NCBI GenBank assembly: GCA_041740935.1 | Contig: JBGSLA010000019.1 | Coordinates: forward strand, 1 to 48,836 | Source: Desulfobaccales bacterium | GTDB lineage: Bacteria; Desulfobacterota; Desulfobaccia; Desulfobaccales; 0-14-0-80-60-11 | Direction: 5' to 3' | DNA length: 48,836 nt | Shown: one piece after another, positions 47,962-48,836 of the stretch | Numbering within the stretch: the first letter of the stretch is position 1 | Layout: every line of letters begins with the position of its first letter | Notes under the pieces: generated by a model | Database searches by the model: none | Told to the model about the DNA's origin: nothing | The model's input: only the letters and a program-made list of their open reading frames with translations | Made by a program: the position numbers and the translations under genes

Positions 47962-48195
47962 ATGAAAAAGTTGCAGGTGTTGGGGCCGGGGTGCCCCAAA
48001 TGCGAAGAGTTGGCCAAACGCACCGAAGAGGCCGCCAAGGCCCTGGGCGTGGACTATGAAATGGAAAAAATCAAGGACCTGAATCAGATGATGGCCCTGG
48101 GGGTGTTCATGACCCCGGCTTTGGTGGTGGACGGCCAGGTCAAGTCGGTGGGCAAGGTCCCCAGCCAGGAGGAGCTCAAGCAGATGATTTCCTGA
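47962..48195 (+). CDS. Small thioredoxin-family protein (redox-active disulfide protein 2 type)
   Basis: 77 aa. MKKLQVLGPGCPKCEEL and TPALVVDGQVKSVGKVPS. Confidence 0.85.
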   Translation: MKKLQVLGPGCPKCEELAKRTEEAAKALGVDYEMEKIKDLNQMMALGVFMTPALVVDGQVKSVGKVPSQEELKQMIS

Positions 48196-48317
48196 GCCCG
48201 GGTTAAGCCCTGGTAAGCCTTATGGCTGCGGCTCATCAAAGGCCAATGTTCTCCACATCAAACGCTCATCTTTTTGTGAGAAAAAGTGAACAAAATCAGG
48301 AGAACGAGGTCACCAGC

Positions 48318-48767
48318 ATGGAAAAACCCAAGGTTTTGATCCTCTGCACCGAAAACGCCTGCCGCAGCCAGATGGCCGAGGGCCTGGTGAACCACGACCT
48401 GGCCGGGCAGGTGCGGGCCTTTTCCGCCGGGGTGCGGCCCAAGGTGGTCAATCCCCGGGCCATCCAGGTCATGGGCGAAATCGGCATCGATCTTGGCGGG
48501 CAGCGCTCCAAATCGGTGGACGACCTGGCCGGGGAGCATTTTGACCTGGTGATCACGGTGTGCGACCGGGCCGCGCAGGAGTGCCCGATGTTTCCCGGGG
48601 ACACCGAAGTCATGCATGTGGGTTTTCCCGACCCGGCCCAGGCCACGGGCACGGAGGAGGACATCCTCGCCGAGTTCCGCCGGGTGCGGGATGACCTGCG
48701 GGCGCAACTGATTCCCCTGCTCCGGGAGAAACTGGCGGCCCGCCGGGCGGCAGGAGCCGAGAAATAG
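48318..48767 (+). CDS. arsC: Arsenate reductase, LMW-PTPase (thioredoxin-coupled) type
   Basis: ATG 48318. The P-loop VLILCTENACRSQMAEG (CX5R) and the downstream Cys pair in VCDRAAQECP. Confidence 0.85.
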   Translation: MEKPKVLILCTENACRSQMAEGLVNHDLAGQVRAFSAGVRPKVVNPRAIQVMGEIGIDLGGQRSKSVDDLAGEHFDLVITVCDRAAQECPMFPGDTEVMHVGFPDPAQATGTEEDILAEFRRVRDDLRAQLIPLLREKLAARRAAGAEK

Positions 48768-48802
48768 GACCGTGCTTCCTATATGGTTCTCATCCGAAAA
48801 CT

Positions 48803-48826
48803 CCCCCTCCCCTTGGCGGGAGGGGG
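48803..48826. repeat. GC hairpin CCCCCTCCC-CTTGGC-GGGAGGGGG (REP/terminator-like)
   Basis: 9-bp stem just downstream of arsC. Related GGGAGGGGGTTG sequences occur at about 40005-40020, 47850-47865 and 30285-30300. Confidence 0.6.
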
Positions 48827-48836
48827 TTGGGGGGAG

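Overview
GC-rich bacterial chromosome segment in which AT-rich sequence is confined to promoter patches. The gene content suggests an anaerobic, sulfur-metabolising Desulfobacterota-like organism; this is inference only.

- 0-9.1 kb: tRNA-Val and tRNA-Asp, a BamE-like lipoprotein, an hpnJ / radical-SAM / hpnK hopanoid-type module, tRNA-Gly and tRNA-Cys, fba, glgP.
- 9.5-23.6 kb, minus strand: a tightly packed nine-gene operon behind a sigma54-type promoter. It encodes an orphan receiver, an SQR-like flavoprotein, an internally duplicated DUF1641 protein, a TtrB/TtrC/TtrA-like molybdoenzyme, FmdE, a MoCF-domain protein and MoaA. Upstream sit a PhnD-like periplasmic binding protein and a membrane-bound HAMP-GAF sigma54 activator that lacks a receiver domain.
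- 23.8-30.0 kb: sulfur trafficking and assimilation. This covers a tusA-like gene, nifS, rrf2 and nifU/iscU; the COG1900 plus NIL-ferredoxin homocysteine pathway; cysE; and a frameshifted cysK.
- 30.5-41.2 kb: an island of small or uncharacterised envelope and metal(loid)-stress genes whose promoters share a 14-nt box. It holds a DGC protein, two small paralogs, a Cys-rich mini-ORF, a USP, TauE, RND plus MFP with a decayed OMF gene, a Metal_resist protein, DUF4405, a secreted protein, a Spy/ZraP-like protein and a lipoprotein.
- 41.3-48.8 kb: an arsenic island. It holds two apparently leaderless arsR genes, acr3, a tandem USP, a periplasmic Trx-like protein plus CcdA, a permease plus a small Trx, and an LMW-PTP-type arsC.

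Intergenic regions carry a family of mosaic hairpin repeats. I saw no CRISPR array, transposase, integrase, rRNA, or recognisable phage or defence genes. All calls come from reading the sequence and the ORF track by eye; no searches were run.
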